In this document: positions 28,767 to 40,038 of the stretch, one piece after another
How the letters are laid out: each line of letters starts with the position of its first letter
Numbering within the stretch: position 1 is the stretch's first letter
Assembly: GCA_963668645.2 (NCBI GenBank)
Contig: CAXXWC010000001.1
Coordinates: 352,001 to 416,000 of the forward strand
Origin: Desulfobacterales bacterium
GTDB lineage: Bacteria > Desulfobacterota > Desulfobacteria > Desulfobacterales > UBA2174
Direction of reading: 5' to 3'
Length of the DNA stretch: 64,000 nucleotides
Made by a program: the position numbers and the translations under genes
Notes under the pieces: generated by a model
What the model saw: the letters and a program-made list of their open reading frames with translations, nothing else
What the model was told of the DNA's origin: nothing
Database searches by the model: none

Positions 28767-28841
28767 TGGAGCGGGAAACGGGATTTGAACCCGCGACTTC
28801 GACCTTGGCAAGGTCGCACTCTACCACTGAGTTATTCCCGC
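28767..28841 (-). tRNA. tRNA-Gly (anticodon GCC)
   Basis: GCGGGAATAACTCAGTGGTAGAGTGCGACCTTGCCAAGGTCGAAGTCGCGGGTTCAAATCCCGTTTCCCGCTCCA. Confidence 0.97.
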
Positions 28842-28856
28842 GCTGCAAGAATCGGC

Positions 28857-28885
28857 ATAATTAAATAATCGGACCGTTTTGTCAA
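28857..28885 (-). promoter_or_regulatory. Promoter of the tRNA-Gly/Cys operon
   Basis: TTGACA at 28885-28880 followed 16-17 nt later by TAATTAT. Confidence 0.55.
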
Positions 28886-28906
28886 GGCCCAAAATGCGCA
28901 GCCGCT

Positions 28907-29467
28907 TCAGGTAAACTGCATCAGACGCCGGAAGCGCACGAAGTAATCAATCCCCGACCAGAGGGTCAGGATCAACGCCAGCCAGAGAAAGACGTCCCCC
29001 ACCTGGGTAAAATCGATCCCGAGAAACGGATAATGGATCAACAGCGGGATGATGGCCGCAATCTGAAAGCCGGTCTTGTACTTGCCCAGACTCGAGGCCG
29101 AGAGGTCCTCTTTTCCCTCGGCCATGAAGTTGCGCAACCCGGTCACCGCCAGCTCCCTGCCGATGATGATGCAGATCATCCAGGCCGGCACCCAGCCCAG
29201 GCCCGTGAGCATGATAAAGGCGGTGGAAACCAGCAGCTTGTCGGCCAATGGATCCATGATGCGGCCGAAATTGGAGACCATCCCGTGCTCGCGCGCCAGA
29301 TACCCGTCAAAAAAGTCCGTGATCGCCGCGATGGAAAAAATCACCGCCGCCAGAAAACTGTTCAGGCGGTTGGGAAAAAGCATCAGCACCACGATCAGTG
29401 GAACGGCGACGATCCGTCCCAGGGTGAGAAAGTTTGGATGCAAGATCCAATGGGCCATCTTTTTCAT
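28907..29467 (-). CDS. pgsA: CDP-diacylglycerol--glycerol-3-phosphate 3-phosphatidyltransferase
   Basis: PNFLTLGR, TDFFDGYLAR..FGRIMDPLADK; lies upstream of tRNA-Gly/Cys. Confidence 0.93.
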   Translation of the reverse strand: MKKMAHWILHPNFLTLGRIVAVPLIVVLMLFPNRLNSFLAAVIFSIAAITDFFDGYLAREHGMVSNFGRIMDPLADKLLVSTAFIMLTGLGWVPAWMICIIIGRELAVTGLRNFMAEGKEDLSASSLGKYKTGFQIAAIIPLLIHYPFLGIDFTQVGDVFLWLALILTLWSGIDYFVRFRRLMQFT

Positions 29468-29487
29468 CGCAGCAATCCTGCACCCGG

Positions 29488-30132
29488 CTATTTCTGGGCC
29501 TTTTCCCAGTCGGCCAGAAAGGCCTTGAGGCCTTTGTCCGTCAACGGATGGGCCGCCAGCTTGGCCAGCACGTTGAAGGGAATCGTGGCGATATCGGCGC
29601 CCATCAGGGCCGATTCGAGCACGTGCAGCGGGTTGCGTACGCTGGCCACGATAATCTCGGTCTCAAGAGCGTAGTTGCTGTAAATATCCACGATCTGCTC
29701 GACCAGCTCCATCCCATCCTGGCTCACATCGTCCAGGCGCCCGACAAAGGGACTCACGTAGGTGGCGCCCGCCTTGGCCGCCATCAGGGCCTGGAGCGGG
29801 GAAAAGATCAGGGTCACGTTGGTTTTGATCCCTTCGGCGGCTAGTATCCGCACCGCCTTGAGCCCCTCGACCAGCATGGGAATCTTGACGACGATGTTTT
29901 GGTGAATCTTGGCCAGTTCCCGGGCTTCGCGCACCATGGTGTCACAGTCCGTGCCGATCACTTCGGCACTGATCGGACCGTCCACAATCTGGCAGATCTC
30001 GCGGATGATGGTCTCAAAGGGGCGGCCTTCCTTGGCGATCAACGAGGGGTTGGTGGTGACCCCGTCGACCATTCCCATCCGGTTGGCTTCCTTGATTTCT
30101 TCCACATTGGCCGTGTCGATGAAAAACTTCAT
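29488..30132 (-). CDS. tal: Transaldolase / fructose-6-phosphate aldolase family
   Basis: [34 protein letters not shown]. Confidence 0.92.
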   Translation of the reverse strand: MKFFIDTANVEEIKEANRMGMVDGVTTNPSLIAKEGRPFETIIREICQIVDGPISAEVIGTDCDTMVREARELAKIHQNIVVKIPMLVEGLKAVRILAAEGIKTNVTLIFSPLQALMAAKAGATYVSPFVGRLDDVSQDGMELVEQIVDIYSNYALETEIIVASVRNPLHVLESALMGADIATIPFNVLAKLAAHPLTDKGLKAFLADWEKAQK

Positions 30133-30283
30133 GTCCAAATTCTCCCTGGTTGGTAACTGGTCACTGTTCCTTGGTTACGGTTTTTTGCTCATTGGCATGG
30201 GTCAACGGTCGCCGACCGCTGAGTGCTTCCCCGGCAAGTCTGCAGGTGGTCTTTGCCGACTTGCCGGTTTCGGATTCTTGATC

Positions 30284-30826
30284 TCAGATCGCCTCCACGG
30301 CCTGGTCAGCCAGGGCCGGGTCGGCCAGGAGGGTTGCCATGGTCTTGTCCAGTAAGGGATGACGTTCCCCTGGGCCTATATCACAGAGCGGCTGCAATAC
30401 GAAGCGCCTTTTGTGCATGCGCGGGTGGGGCAGAATCACGGGGCCGCTCTCCAGGATAATTCGATCATAGAGCAGAATGTCAAGATCAAGGGGTCTGGGG
30501 CCGAAACGCGGCCCTCCGCAGCGCCGGCCCAGGGTCTGTTCAATATTCTTGAGCCGAGCGAGCAGATCTTCGGGCCCCAGGCGGGTTTCGATGAGGGCGG
30601 CGGCGTTGACGAACCAGTCCTGCTCAGCATAGTCCTGGGGGGCGGTCCGGTAAAAGCGGCTCAAGGCCAGGATACGTCCGCTTCCGCTGCTTTCGATGGC
30701 CGCGAGCCCCTGCCGGCAGGCGGCCAGCTTGTCACCCAGATTGGCGCCAACACCGATATAGGCGCGGTGCAGCGCCCCGGCCTGCGTCATAATCAGCGCA
30801 TCTTCAGTTCTGCCAGGCATCGACAC
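30284..30826 (-). CDS. folK: 2-amino-4-hydroxy-6-hydroxymethyldihydropteridine diphosphokinase
   Basis: YIGVGANLGD, GPRPLDLDILL, LPHPRMHKRRFVL. Confidence 0.93.
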   Translation of the reverse strand: MSMPGRTEDALIMTQAGALHRAYIGVGANLGDKLAACRQGLAAIESSGSGRILALSRFYRTAPQDYAEQDWFVNAAALIETRLGPEDLLARLKNIEQTLGRRCGGPRFGPRPLDLDILLYDRIILESGPVILPHPRMHKRRFVLQPLCDIGPGERHPLLDKTMATLLADPALADQAVEAI

Positions 30827-31640
30827 CGAGCTTTCCGCTGCAAATCAGACGGGCCTCGCCCTGAAGTTTCACCTGGTCGAATCCGTCGCCGGTGACGATA
30901 AAACCGATGGTCAAACTGCTCCCGCTTTGGGTATGCGCTGTTATCGGCCCCGTCCAGCCAAAACGCGCCGAGGCAGCCAGGGCCGCCGCCGAAGCGCCTG
31001 TCCCGCAGGCCAGGGTCTCGATCTCCACCCCCCGCTCGTAGGTCCGCACCGCCAAAAGTCCCGGGGAAAGCACCTCGGCGAAATTGACATTGGTGCCCGC
31101 CGGGACAAATTGCGGATGCCGACGGATCCGGCGGCCGATCCCGGCCACGTCGATTCCGGCCAGATCGGAGACAAAGATCACCACGTGGGGCACACCGGTA
31201 TCGATGGCGTCCATCACGACGGTGCGCCCGTCCAGATCCAGGGCCAGGTCCATGACCAGCGGGCCGGGCCGGGTAAGGGCCACTTCCACCTGATCGCCTT
31301 GCATCTCGGCCTCGATGATCCCGGCCAAGGTCCGAAAACGCATCCGGGGGCCGGCAATCCCTTGCATAAAGGCAAACCTTGCTGCACAGCGCGCCCCGTT
31401 GCCGCACATCTCGGCCGTGCTCCCATCGTCGTTGAAAAAGCGCCAGCTAAAATCGACCTCGCCGTCCGCCTCGATGAGAATCAGGCCGTCGGCGCCCAGC
31501 GAGACCCGGCGGCGGCAAAAACGCCGAGCCATTTCGGCCGCCTGTGGACCGATCTTTCCATCCCGGTTGTCGATGAGGATAAAATCGTTGCCGGCCCCAC
31601 TCATCTTGGCAAAAGCCAACGGCTTCGGCGCCAGAGTCAT
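30804..31640 (-). CDS. dapF: Diaminopimelate epimerase
   Basis: KMSGAGNDF, AEMCGNGARC, TGVPH, YERGVEIETLACGTG. Confidence 0.95.
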   Translation of the reverse strand: MTLAPKPLAFAKMSGAGNDFILIDNRDGKIGPQAAEMARRFCRRRVSLGADGLILIEADGEVDFSWRFFNDDGSTAEMCGNGARCAARFAFMQGIAGPRMRFRTLAGIIEAEMQGDQVEVALTRPGPLVMDLALDLDGRTVVMDAIDTGVPHVVIFVSDLAGIDVAGIGRRIRRHPQFVPAGTNVNFAEVLSPGLLAVRTYERGVEIETLACGTGASAAALAASARFGWTGPITAHTQSGSSLTIGFIVTGDGFDQVKLQGEARLICSGKLGVDAWQN

Positions 31641-31662
31641 GCCAGCCTCCACAGTGCAAGGG

Positions 31663-32097
31663 TCAAAACGGCACGGCAGCAAGGTTCGAATCGGCAATAC
31701 GCCGCCGCCCGCGAAAGGATGTCACCTTGTAGATGCAGCGTCCCGCCGGCGTATCCGGATCCCGCCACGTCAGGCGCCACGGCTGCTGGATGGGCCGGTC
31801 GGCGGCATTCAGGTTCAGTCGACCGATCTTTTGAAACAACAGCGGGCATCCCTCGCACGATTGCGGCCCGAGCCAGGCCCGGTAGATAACAAAGCTTTCG
31901 GGCAGCAGGTCGCCCGAAGTTTTAGACAGGCTCCAGGCAAGAACCGCCTCTTTTCCCTCAATGCGCGCGGTCAAGTCGGCCACCGGCGGCAGAGGAAGGT
32001 CCTGAGGCACCACCGGCGGCCCCTTGCGGCCGCATCCAACGGCCATGGTGCAGGCCATCGCTGCCATGAGTAGGATCAGCCGGATTCGATATTGCAT
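31663..32097 (-). CDS. Lipoprotein (CGRKGPP lipobox type)
   Basis: Signal peptide followed by AVGCGRKGPP; CEGCP motif. Confidence 0.7.
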   Translation of the reverse strand: MQYRIRLILLMAAMACTMAVGCGRKGPPVVPQDLPLPPVADLTARIEGKEAVLAWSLSKTSGDLLPESFVIYRAWLGPQSCEGCPLLFQKIGRLNLNAADRPIQQPWRLTWRDPDTPAGRCIYKVTSFRGRRRIADSNLAAVPF

Positions 32098-32176
32098 GGC
32101 CAAGTTCCCTGTTTTTCCCATTACCGGAAGGCGATATGATGAATGTTTTCCTTGATGGTCGAGCAATGCACCGCTT

Positions 32177-33577
32177 TCAGGACGGCTCCGGCCCCTCTTC
32201 CTGGGCCAGACATTCCAGGGCCCTGGCGATGGCCGCTTCGACCTGTTCGGTGGCCGTTCCGCCGTAGGAACGGCGCCGCGCGATCATCTGCTCGGGACTG
32301 AGCAGCTCGAAGACCTCCTCCCCGATTCCGGGAGCGAACCTGCGCAGTGCATCGAGGCTCAGCTCGTGCAGCTCTTTGCCCTGGCTCAGGGCATAGGCCA
32401 CCGCCTGACCGGTAAAAGCGTGGGCCTTGCGGAAAGGCACACCGCGTACCACGAGGTAGTCGGCCAGGTCCGTGGCGTTGAGAAATCCGCGCGTGCAGGC
32501 CTGGCGCATCCGCTCGCTGCGCACCTGGAGCTGGGGCAACATCCGGGCCGTAATCTCCAGGCAGGCCTGAAGGGTATCCACCGTGCGAAACAAGGGCGCC
32601 TTGTCTTCCTGCATGTCCCGGTTGTAGGCCAGCGGCAGGCCCTTCATAAGGGTCAAAAGCGCCATCAGATCGCCGAACACCGTGCCGGCCTTGCCCCGAA
32701 TCAGCTCGGGAACGTCGGGGTTCTTTTTCTGGGGCATAATGCTCGATCCGGTGGCAAAGGCGTCCGGCAGGTCGATGAAGCCGAACTCGGTGCTGCTCCA
32801 CAACACCAATTCCTCGGCCAGGCGCGAAAGGTGGATCATGGCGATGCTGGCCGAGGCTGAGAATTCAAGGATGAAATCCCGATCGCTGACCGCGTCGATA
32901 CTGTTGTCCGCGACCCGGGAAAAGCCGAGCAGCTCGGCGGTATAGTGCCGGTCGATGGGATAGGTGGTTCCGGCCAGGGCCGCAGCCCCCAGGGGCATCA
33001 CATCGATTCGTTCCAGCGCATCGGAAAAGCGGTCCTGATCGCGCGAGAACATCTCGTAATAGGCCATCAGGTGATGGGCCAGCAGAACCGGCTGGGCCCG
33101 CTGTAAATGGGTATAGCCGGGCATCACGGTGCCGGTATGGCCGGCGGCCAGTTCCACCATCACCCGGCGCAGCCGACGGAGCTGGGCGATGATCTGGCGG
33201 GTCTCGGCACGCAGGTACATGCGGGCATCCAGGGCCACCTGGTCGTTGCGGCTGCGGGCGGTGTGCAGCTTCTGGGCCACCTTGCCCACGTCCTGCAGCA
33301 GCCTGGACTCGATGTGCATGTGAATATCTTCCAGGCTGTCGGAAAAATCGAACTGCCCGTGCTCGATATCCCGGCGGATGCGCCCCAATCCCTCGATCAA
33401 GGCCGAAGCATCTTCTTCGGTGATGATCTCGGCCCGCGCCAACATCCGGCAATGGGCCACGCTGCCTTCGATATCGAAGGCAAAAAGGCGCCGGTCCACG
33501 GCATGCGAGCTGGTAAAGGCTTCCACCACGCGATCGGTTTTCTCGGTAAAACGGCCTTCCCAGGGCTTTTCGCTCAT
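32177..33577 (-). CDS. argH: Argininosuccinate lyase
   Basis: LHTARSRNDQ, PGYTHLQRAQP, GSSIMPQKKNPD. Confidence 0.97.
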   Translation of the reverse strand: MSEKPWEGRFTEKTDRVVEAFTSSHAVDRRLFAFDIEGSVAHCRMLARAEIITEEDASALIEGLGRIRRDIEHGQFDFSDSLEDIHMHIESRLLQDVGKVAQKLHTARSRNDQVALDARMYLRAETRQIIAQLRRLRRVMVELAAGHTGTVMPGYTHLQRAQPVLLAHHLMAYYEMFSRDQDRFSDALERIDVMPLGAAALAGTTYPIDRHYTAELLGFSRVADNSIDAVSDRDFILEFSASASIAMIHLSRLAEELVLWSSTEFGFIDLPDAFATGSSIMPQKKNPDVPELIRGKAGTVFGDLMALLTLMKGLPLAYNRDMQEDKAPLFRTVDTLQACLEITARMLPQLQVRSERMRQACTRGFLNATDLADYLVVRGVPFRKAHAFTGQAVAYALSQGKELHELSLDALRRFAPGIGEEVFELLSPEQMIARRRSYGGTATEQVEAAIARALECLAQEEGPEPS

Positions 33578-33681
33578 GTCGGTCTCACTGATGCAATTGT
33601 CAAATCTGCAAAGTCGGTCGGATCAGGCCGACCGGTCCGATCCGTCTGATCCGTCCGATAAATGGTCCCTTCCGCCTGCGC

Positions 33682-34890
33682 TTATCCCTGCACCATCTTG
33701 GCGATTCTCAACCTCAGGGCGTTAAGGCGGATGAAGCCCTCGGCATCCTTCTGGCGATAGACCTCGTCGGTCTCGAAGGTGGCGAAATCCTCACGGTAAA
33801 GGCTCAGATCGCTCTTGCGGCCGTTCACGCGGCAGTTGCCCTTGAACAGCTCCAGGCGCACCACTCCCGAAACGTTGGCCTGGGTCTGATCGATCAGCCC
33901 CTGGAGCAGTTTCATCTCGGGCGAAAACCAGAATCCGTTATAGATCAGCTGGCTGTACTTGGGAATGAGGCTGTCACGCAGGTGCATCACTTCCCGGTCC
34001 AAAGTGATGGACTCCATGGCCATGTGGGCCGCCCTCAGGATGGTGCCGCCCGGTGTTTCGTACACCCCGCGGGATTTCATCCCCACAAAGCGGTTTTCCA
34101 CCAGGTCGACCCGCCCGATCCCGTGCAGGCCGCCGAGCCGGTTCAGCTCGGCGAGCATGGCCGCAGGCGACAGCGGCCGCCCGTCAAGGGCCACCGGGTT
34201 TCCCTGGGCAAAGGTCAGTTCGATGGTTTCGGGCTTCTCGGGGGCCTGCTCCAGGTTGCAAGTGCGCACAAACATATCGGGGTCGGGTGCCATCCAGGGG
34301 TCTTCCAGGATTCCGCCCTCGAAGCTGATATGCAGCAGGTTGGCGTCTGTGCTGTACGGCTTTTTACGGGTCGTGGGGACCGCGATTCCGTGCCGGCGGG
34401 CAAATTCCATCAGGGCGGTGCGCGAGCTAAGATCCCATTCGCGCCAGGGGGCGATGATGCGGATCTTGGGATCGATGGCCAGATAGGCCAGTTCGAAACG
34501 GACCTGATCGTTGCCCTTGCCCGTGGCGCCGTGGCTGACGGCGTCGGCGCCTTCGGCTGCGGCGATCTCCATCTGGCGCTTTGCAATCAGGGGCCGGGCA
34601 ATGGACGTGCCCAGCAGATACTGCCCTTCGTAAATGGCGTTGGCCCTGAAAGCGGGAAAAACATAGTCGCGCACGAAAGTCTCTTTCAGGTCTTCGATGT
34701 AGACCTTGGCGGCGCCGGTCTTGCGGGCGTTGGCCTCGATGTCCGCCAGCACGTCTGGCTGACCGATGTCGGCCGAGAAGGTGACCACCTCACAACCGTA
34801 GGTTTCGATGAGCCACTTGAGGATCACGCTGGTATCCAGACCGCCGCTGTAAGCTAAAACGACCTTATCGACTTTTGGTTTTGTGTCCAC
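33682..34890 (-). CDS. argG: Argininosuccinate synthase
   Basis: [33 protein letters not shown]. Confidence 0.97.
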   Translation of the reverse strand: MDTKPKVDKVVLAYSGGLDTSVILKWLIETYGCEVVTFSADIGQPDVLADIEANARKTGAAKVYIEDLKETFVRDYVFPAFRANAIYEGQYLLGTSIARPLIAKRQMEIAAAEGADAVSHGATGKGNDQVRFELAYLAIDPKIRIIAPWREWDLSSRTALMEFARRHGIAVPTTRKKPYSTDANLLHISFEGGILEDPWMAPDPDMFVRTCNLEQAPEKPETIELTFAQGNPVALDGRPLSPAAMLAELNRLGGLHGIGRVDLVENRFVGMKSRGVYETPGGTILRAAHMAMESITLDREVMHLRDSLIPKYSQLIYNGFWFSPEMKLLQGLIDQTQANVSGVVRLELFKGNCRVNGRKSDLSLYREDFATFETDEVYRQKDAEGFIRLNALRLRIAKMVQG

Positions 34891-34973
34891 GTTGCGAAAC
34901 TCCTGAAAAAATTTATAAATTGAAGGTCCGAAACGGTATTCCCCTCCGGGCCATGGCCGCTTTTATACCCTGC

Positions 34974-36155
34974 TCAGGGCAGGACAATGTCAAGACATTC
35001 GATCAGGGCATCGATCTCAGTGCTGGTCACGATCAGTGGCGGAGCAAAACGCAGCACCGTATCCTGGATGCAGTTGATCAAAAATCCTTTTTCCAGGCAG
35101 GCATTGACGACGGGCGCGCCCTCGATGTCCAGCTCCAACCCGAGGAGCAGGCCCCGGCCGCGCACCTCGCGGACGCACCCATGCCGTTGCCCCAACCCCT
35201 CCAAGCCCTGTTTGAAATGGGCCCCCATCTGCCGGCAGTGTTCCACAATCCCCTCACCTTCCAGGGTCCGGACTGCCGCCAGAGCCGCGGCCGTGACCAG
35301 AGGCGTGCCGCCGAAGGTCGTGGCGTGGGATCCGGGGGTGAAGGCTGCGGCCACCGCCTGCCGGGCGCACATGGCGCCGATGGGCAGCCCGTTGGCCAGA
35401 GCCTTGGCCAGGGTCATGATATCCGGTGCGATGCCCTCGTGTTCGTAAGCGAAAAGGGTTCCGGTGCGGCCCATGCCGGTCTGGATCTCGTCGTAAATCA
35501 GCAACGCGCCGGCCGCATCGCAGATCTCGCGCACCCCGGCCAGGTATCCCGGCGGCGGGCAGTGGACCCCGCCCTCGCCCTGGACCGGCTCGAGAATCAC
35601 GGCACAGGTGTCGCTTCCCACCGCGGCCCGCAGCGCGTCAAGATCGCCGAAGGGCACGAAATCGAATTTTTCCAGCACCGGGGCGAATCCCTTGCGGATC
35701 TTTTCCTGGCCGGTGGCCGAAAGGGTCCCCATGGTACGCCCGTGAAAGGACTGTTCCATGGCCACAACCCGAAAGCGCCCGGACTCCTGGCGATCGTTGA
35801 AGTATTTTCGCGCCAGTTTGATGGCCGCTTCGTTGGCTTCAGCGCCGGAGTTGCAGAAAAAAACCCGGTCGGCGAAGCTGTGGTCCACCAGCCAGCTAGC
35901 CAGTTCCACCTGGGGCACGGTGTAGTAGAGATTGGACACGTGGCACAGGGTCCCGGCTTGCCGGCAGACGGCCTCAGTCACCGCCGGATGGCAGTGGCCC
36001 AGGCTGCACACGGCGATGCCGGCGATAAAGTCGGTGTAAGACCGGTCCTGGTCGTCCCAGACGGTGCAGCCCTGGCCGCGGGTCAGGACCACTGGAAACC
36101 GTTTGTAGGTCGTGGCCAAAACGGTTTCGGCCTGATGCATGAGATCGTTTTTCAT
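34974..36155 (-). CDS. argD: Acetylornithine aminotransferase
   Basis: [44 protein letters not shown]; start overlaps the argB stop. Confidence 0.93.
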   Translation of the reverse strand: MKNDLMHQAETVLATTYKRFPVVLTRGQGCTVWDDQDRSYTDFIAGIAVCSLGHCHPAVTEAVCRQAGTLCHVSNLYYTVPQVELASWLVDHSFADRVFFCNSGAEANEAAIKLARKYFNDRQESGRFRVVAMEQSFHGRTMGTLSATGQEKIRKGFAPVLEKFDFVPFGDLDALRAAVGSDTCAVILEPVQGEGGVHCPPPGYLAGVREICDAAGALLIYDEIQTGMGRTGTLFAYEHEGIAPDIMTLAKALANGLPIGAMCARQAVAAAFTPGSHATTFGGTPLVTAAALAAVRTLEGEGIVEHCRQMGAHFKQGLEGLGQRHGCVREVRGRGLLLGLELDIEGAPVVNACLEKGFLINCIQDTVLRFAPPLIVTSTEIDALIECLDIVLP

Positions 36156-37027
36156 AAGGTCACTTCCGTTCCGATACCGCTGTCGGTAAACAGTTCGAGC
36201 AAAATGGCATGGCGCCGTCGTCCGTTTATGATCGGCACCTTCTGGACGCCTCCGCGAAGGGCCGCCAGAGCACACTCGATCTTGGGGATCATCCCCCCGC
36301 TGATATGGCCGCTTTCGATCATCCGTTCGATGGTGTCCCGGTCGATGGAGGAGATCAACTCGCCATCTGCACCCTTGACCCCGTCCACATCCGTAATCAG
36401 GATCAGCCGGCCGGCATCCAGCGCCGTTGCGATGCGCCCGGCCACCAGGTCGGCATTGATGTTGTATGTTTCGCCGGCCTCGCCCACCCCCACCGGGGCG
36501 ATAACCGGAATGTACCCCTGGCGCGTGAGGGTGCTGATGATGTCCGGATCGATGGCGGTCACGTCTCCCACCAGTCCCGGATCGATGATCTCGGGCGGCA
36601 TCCCGGCCTCGGTCTGGCGCACGATGCGCATCTTCTTGGCCTGGATCAGCCCCCCGTCCTTGCCGCAAAGTCCCACCGCCCTGCCGCCCTGCTGGTTGAT
36701 CTGGTTGACGATGGCCTTGTTGACCTTGCCGCCCAGCACCATCTCCACCACATCCATGGTGGCCTCGTCGGTCAGGCGCATGCCGCGCACGAACTGGGGC
36801 TGGATCCCCATGCGGTCCAGGACCTGGTTTATCTGAGGCCCCCCCCCGTGCACGATCACCGGGTTGAGCCCCACGAACTTGAGCAGGGTCACGTCCTGGG
36901 CGAAATCGGCCTTGAGCTGCTCGTCCACCATGGCATGGCCGCCATACTTGATCACGATGGTCATGCCATGAAAACGGCGAATGTAAGGCAGGGCCTCGAT
37001 GAGGATGTCGGCAACGTTGGGGGTCAT
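36152..37027 (-). CDS. argB: Acetylglutamate kinase
   Basis: [35 protein letters not shown]. Confidence 0.96.
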   Translation of the reverse strand: MTPNVADILIEALPYIRRFHGMTIVIKYGGHAMVDEQLKADFAQDVTLLKFVGLNPVIVHGGGPQINQVLDRMGIQPQFVRGMRLTDEATMDVVEMVLGGKVNKAIVNQINQQGGRAVGLCGKDGGLIQAKKMRIVRQTEAGMPPEIIDPGLVGDVTAIDPDIISTLTRQGYIPVIAPVGVGEAGETYNINADLVAGRIATALDAGRLILITDVDGVKGADGELISSIDRDTIERMIESGHISGGMIPKIECALAALRGGVQKVPIINGRRRHAILLELFTDSGIGTEVTL

Positions 37028-37109
37028 GACGGCGGTTCCGGCTCTCAAGGATTGAAGCGTTCGGACGGATCCGACCGATCGTTTCAATCGGTTCAGGGTC
37101 AAGGCAGTT

Positions 37110-38444
37110 TCAAAGAATGTAGCGACTCAGGTCCTCATCCTGCTGGATCTTGCCCAGTTTCTGCTCCACATAGTCCCGGTCGACGAAGACCTCCCGGCCC
37201 TCCAAATCCGGAGCGTCGAAGAGCACCTCTTCCAGCATGCATTCCATCAGGGTATGCAAGCGCCGGGCACCGATATCGTCCGTGGCCTGGTTGACCTCTT
37301 CGGCGATGCGCGCCAGGGCTTCCACCGCCGTATCGTCGAAATGCACTGCGACCCCCTCGGTGGCCAGCAGGGCCGCGTATTGGCGCAGCAGGGCGTTGCG
37401 CGGCTCGGTGAGGATGCGGGCGAATTCCGCCCGCCCCAGTGAATCGAGTTCCACCCGGATCGGAAAACGGCCCTGCAATTCCGGAATCAGATCCGAGGGC
37501 TTGATGGCATGAAAGGCCCCCGAGGCGATAAAGAGGATATGGTCGGTGCGCACCGGGCCGTACTTGGTGGTAACCGTGCTGCCCTCCACCAGGGGCAGCA
37601 GATCGCGCTGGACTCCTTCGCGGCTCACGTCCGGTCCGGTGCCGCCGTTCTTGCCGACGATCTTGTCGATCTCGTCGAGAAAGACGATTCCGGACTGTTC
37701 GACCTTTTCTTTGGCCTCGGCCACCACCTGGTCCATATCCACCAGCCCCTGGGCCGCTTCCTGGGTAAGCAGGTCCAGGGCCTCGGCCACCGTCACCCGC
37801 CGGCGGCGCGTCTTTTTGGGCATCAGATTGCCGAGCATGTCCTTGAAGTTGATGCCCAGCTCCTCCATGCCGGCGTTGGAAAAGATTTCCACCATGGGGG
37901 TCTTGTTTTCGCTGGTTTCCAGCTCGATGGTGCGCGCGTCCAGCTTTCCTTCGTGCAGCATGCGGCGCAGCTTTTCACGGGTGGCACTGTTGTCTTCGAG
38001 GGCCTCAACGCGACCGTCGCTCGATCCGCCACCGGGCAGCAACAGGTCCAGGAGCCGCTCCTCGGCCTGGACCCGGGCCTTTTCCTGCACCGCGGCCTGC
38101 TGCCGCGTTTTGCCTTCGGCAACGGTCAGTTCGACCAGATCGCGCACCATCGACTCCACGTCGCGGCCCACATAGCCGACCTCGGTGAATTTGGAGGCTT
38201 CCACCTTGATCAACGGCGAATCGGTAAGCCGGCTGAGACGCCGGGCGATTTCGGTCTTGCCCACCCCGGTGGGGCCGATGAGAATGATGTTTTTCGGGGC
38301 GATCTCGTCGCGCAGCTCATCGGAAACCTGGCGCCGGCGCCACCGATTGCGCAGGGCGATGGCCACCGAGCGTTTGGCCCGATCCTGGCCGATGATGTAG
38401 CGGTCCAGTTCGCGCACGATTTCCGATGGTTTCAGGTCGCTCAT
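37110..38444 (-). CDS. hslU: ATP-dependent protease ATPase subunit HslU
   Basis: [35 protein letters not shown]. Confidence 0.97.
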   Translation of the reverse strand: MSDLKPSEIVRELDRYIIGQDRAKRSVAIALRNRWRRRQVSDELRDEIAPKNIILIGPTGVGKTEIARRLSRLTDSPLIKVEASKFTEVGYVGRDVESMVRDLVELTVAEGKTRQQAAVQEKARVQAEERLLDLLLPGGGSSDGRVEALEDNSATREKLRRMLHEGKLDARTIELETSENKTPMVEIFSNAGMEELGINFKDMLGNLMPKKTRRRRVTVAEALDLLTQEAAQGLVDMDQVVAEAKEKVEQSGIVFLDEIDKIVGKNGGTGPDVSREGVQRDLLPLVEGSTVTTKYGPVRTDHILFIASGAFHAIKPSDLIPELQGRFPIRVELDSLGRAEFARILTEPRNALLRQYAALLATEGVAVHFDDTAVEALARIAEEVNQATDDIGARRLHTLMECMLEEVLFDAPDLEGREVFVDRDYVEQKLGKIQQDEDLSRYIL

Positions 38445-38484
38445 CTTACCATCTCACATCTGGGATCATTGCCGGCCAAAGCCC

Positions 38485-39030
38485 TTACAGTTCCTCAATG
38501 GTGACATTGGCATTGGTGTAGATGCAAATCCCGGCCGCCACGGCCATGGCCGCCTCGACCACTTCCCTGGCCCCCATCCCGGTGTGCGCCAGCAAGGCTT
38601 CGGCGGCGGCCTGGGCCGCCGTGGCCCCCGATCCGATGGCCAGCACCGGGGTGTCCGGTTCGATCACGTCTCCGTTGCCCGAGACCAGCAGGATACGTTC
38701 GTTGTCGGCGGCGATCATCAGCGCCTCGAGGCGCCGTAAAAATTTATCGCTGCGCCAGTCGCGGGCCAGCTCCACCGCGGCCCGGACCAGATTGCCGTTG
38801 AAACGCTCCAGCTTGGCCTCAAGCCGCTCGGAAAGGTTCAGGGCATCGGCCGTCGCTCCGGCAAAACCCACGATGATCTGTTCATTGTAGATCCGGCGCA
38901 CCTTTCTCGCCCGCTGTTTGACCACTGTGTTGTTCAGCGTCACCTGCCCGTCGCCGGCCACGGCCAGCTTGCCGGCGCGGCGCACGGCCAGGATCGTGGT
39001 ACTGCGGACCTGAATGGAACCTGGGTTCAT
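38485..39030 (-). CDS. hslV: ATP-dependent protease subunit HslV
   Basis: TTILAVRR, AGDGQVT, GFAGATADA, ICIYTN. Confidence 0.96.
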   Translation of the reverse strand: MNPGSIQVRSTTILAVRRAGKLAVAGDGQVTLNNTVVKQRARKVRRIYNEQIIVGFAGATADALNLSERLEAKLERFNGNLVRAAVELARDWRSDKFLRRLEALMIAADNERILLVSGNGDVIEPDTPVLAIGSGATAAQAAAEALLAHTGMGAREVVEAAMAVAAGICIYTNANVTIEEL

Positions 39031-39111
39031 CTTTGATGGCCTTTTAGATCCAACATCATTGTCGAATTCAGAACACCTCCACCGGCCTGCCGCTGCCCTG
39101 CCGCTTGCCGC

Positions 39112-40038
39112 CTAACGCCGTGGATGGGCCTTGTCATAACTTTCCATCAGCCGATCGATGCTCACATGGGTGTACTTCTGGGTCGTGGACAGGTTGCGGT
39201 GTCCGAGCAGTTCCTGCACGGCCCTCAGATCGGCGCCTGCATCCAGCAGATGGGTGGCGAAGGAATGGCGCAGGGCGTGAGGCGAAATGGGCACCGCCAG
39301 AGCACACTGCCGCACCAATCCATCCAAAATTCGCTGGATGCTGCGGGGCGTCAGACGCCCCCCATCGCGGTTGAGAAACAAGGGGCCGTCGGGGCGCGCA
39401 TCCCGGGGAACCTCGGTCTGCCATCGCCGCAGGTAGCGGTCGATGGCGCCGAGGGCCTGCCGCCCGATGGGTACGATGCGTTCCTTGGCCCCCTTGCCGG
39501 TCACCCGCACCAACCCGGCGCCCTCATCCACATGGCCTTGATCCAGCCCGGTCAGTTCCGAGACCCGCAGGCCGCAGGAATAGAGCGTCTCGAAAATCGC
39601 CCGGTTGCGAAGGTCAAAGCGGGTGCGCTGCCCGATCCCGTCCAAAAGCCGGAATGTGTCGTCCACCGTCAAATAGGCCGGCACCGGCCGCGCCTGCTTG
39701 GGCGTGAGCACCATGTCGGCCGGATTGATGGCAACCCGGCCATCTCTGACCATCAGACGGTAAAAGGATCTCAGCGCCGCCAGCTTGCGTGCCAGGGTCG
39801 TCTTGGCGTTGCGCTTCTGATAAAGCGATCCGAGATAGGCCCGAATGGTGACCACATCTATGGCCGCAGGATCGATGGACGCCGGATCGGCCACCCCCAG
39901 ATAAGCGGCGCAAAAGGCCACAAACCCCTCCAGGTCGCTGCGGTAAGCCTTGCAGGTATGGGATGAAAATCCCTTTTCAGCCGCCAGGGTCTGGATGAAC
40001 CCTTCGATGGCCTCCGGCAAGGTGGCCGCAGCGCTCAT
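39112..40038 (-). CDS. xerC: Tyrosine recombinase XerC
   Basis: GLRVSE, GKGAKER, PHALRHSFATHLL, LGH, TQKYTH; xerC-hslVU synteny. Confidence 0.9.
   Translation of the reverse strand: MSAAATLPEAIEGFIQTLAAEKGFSSHTCKAYRSDLEGFVAFCAAYLGVADPASIDPAAIDVVTIRAYLGSLYQKRNAKTTLARKLAALRSFYRLMVRDGRVAINPADMVLTPKQARPVPAYLTVDDTFRLLDGIGQRTRFDLRNRAIFETLYSCGLRVSELTGLDQGHVDEGAGLVRVTGKGAKERIVPIGRQALGAIDRYLRRWQTEVPRDARPDGPLFLNRDGGRLTPRSIQRILDGLVRQCALAVPISPHALRHSFATHLLDAGADLRAVQELLGHRNLSTTQKYTHVSIDRLMESYDKAHPRR

Noticed and set aside
39112..40038. Second mobile-element integrase
   Set aside because: Motifs and xerC-hslV-hslU synteny indicate housekeeping XerC; no att repeats seen
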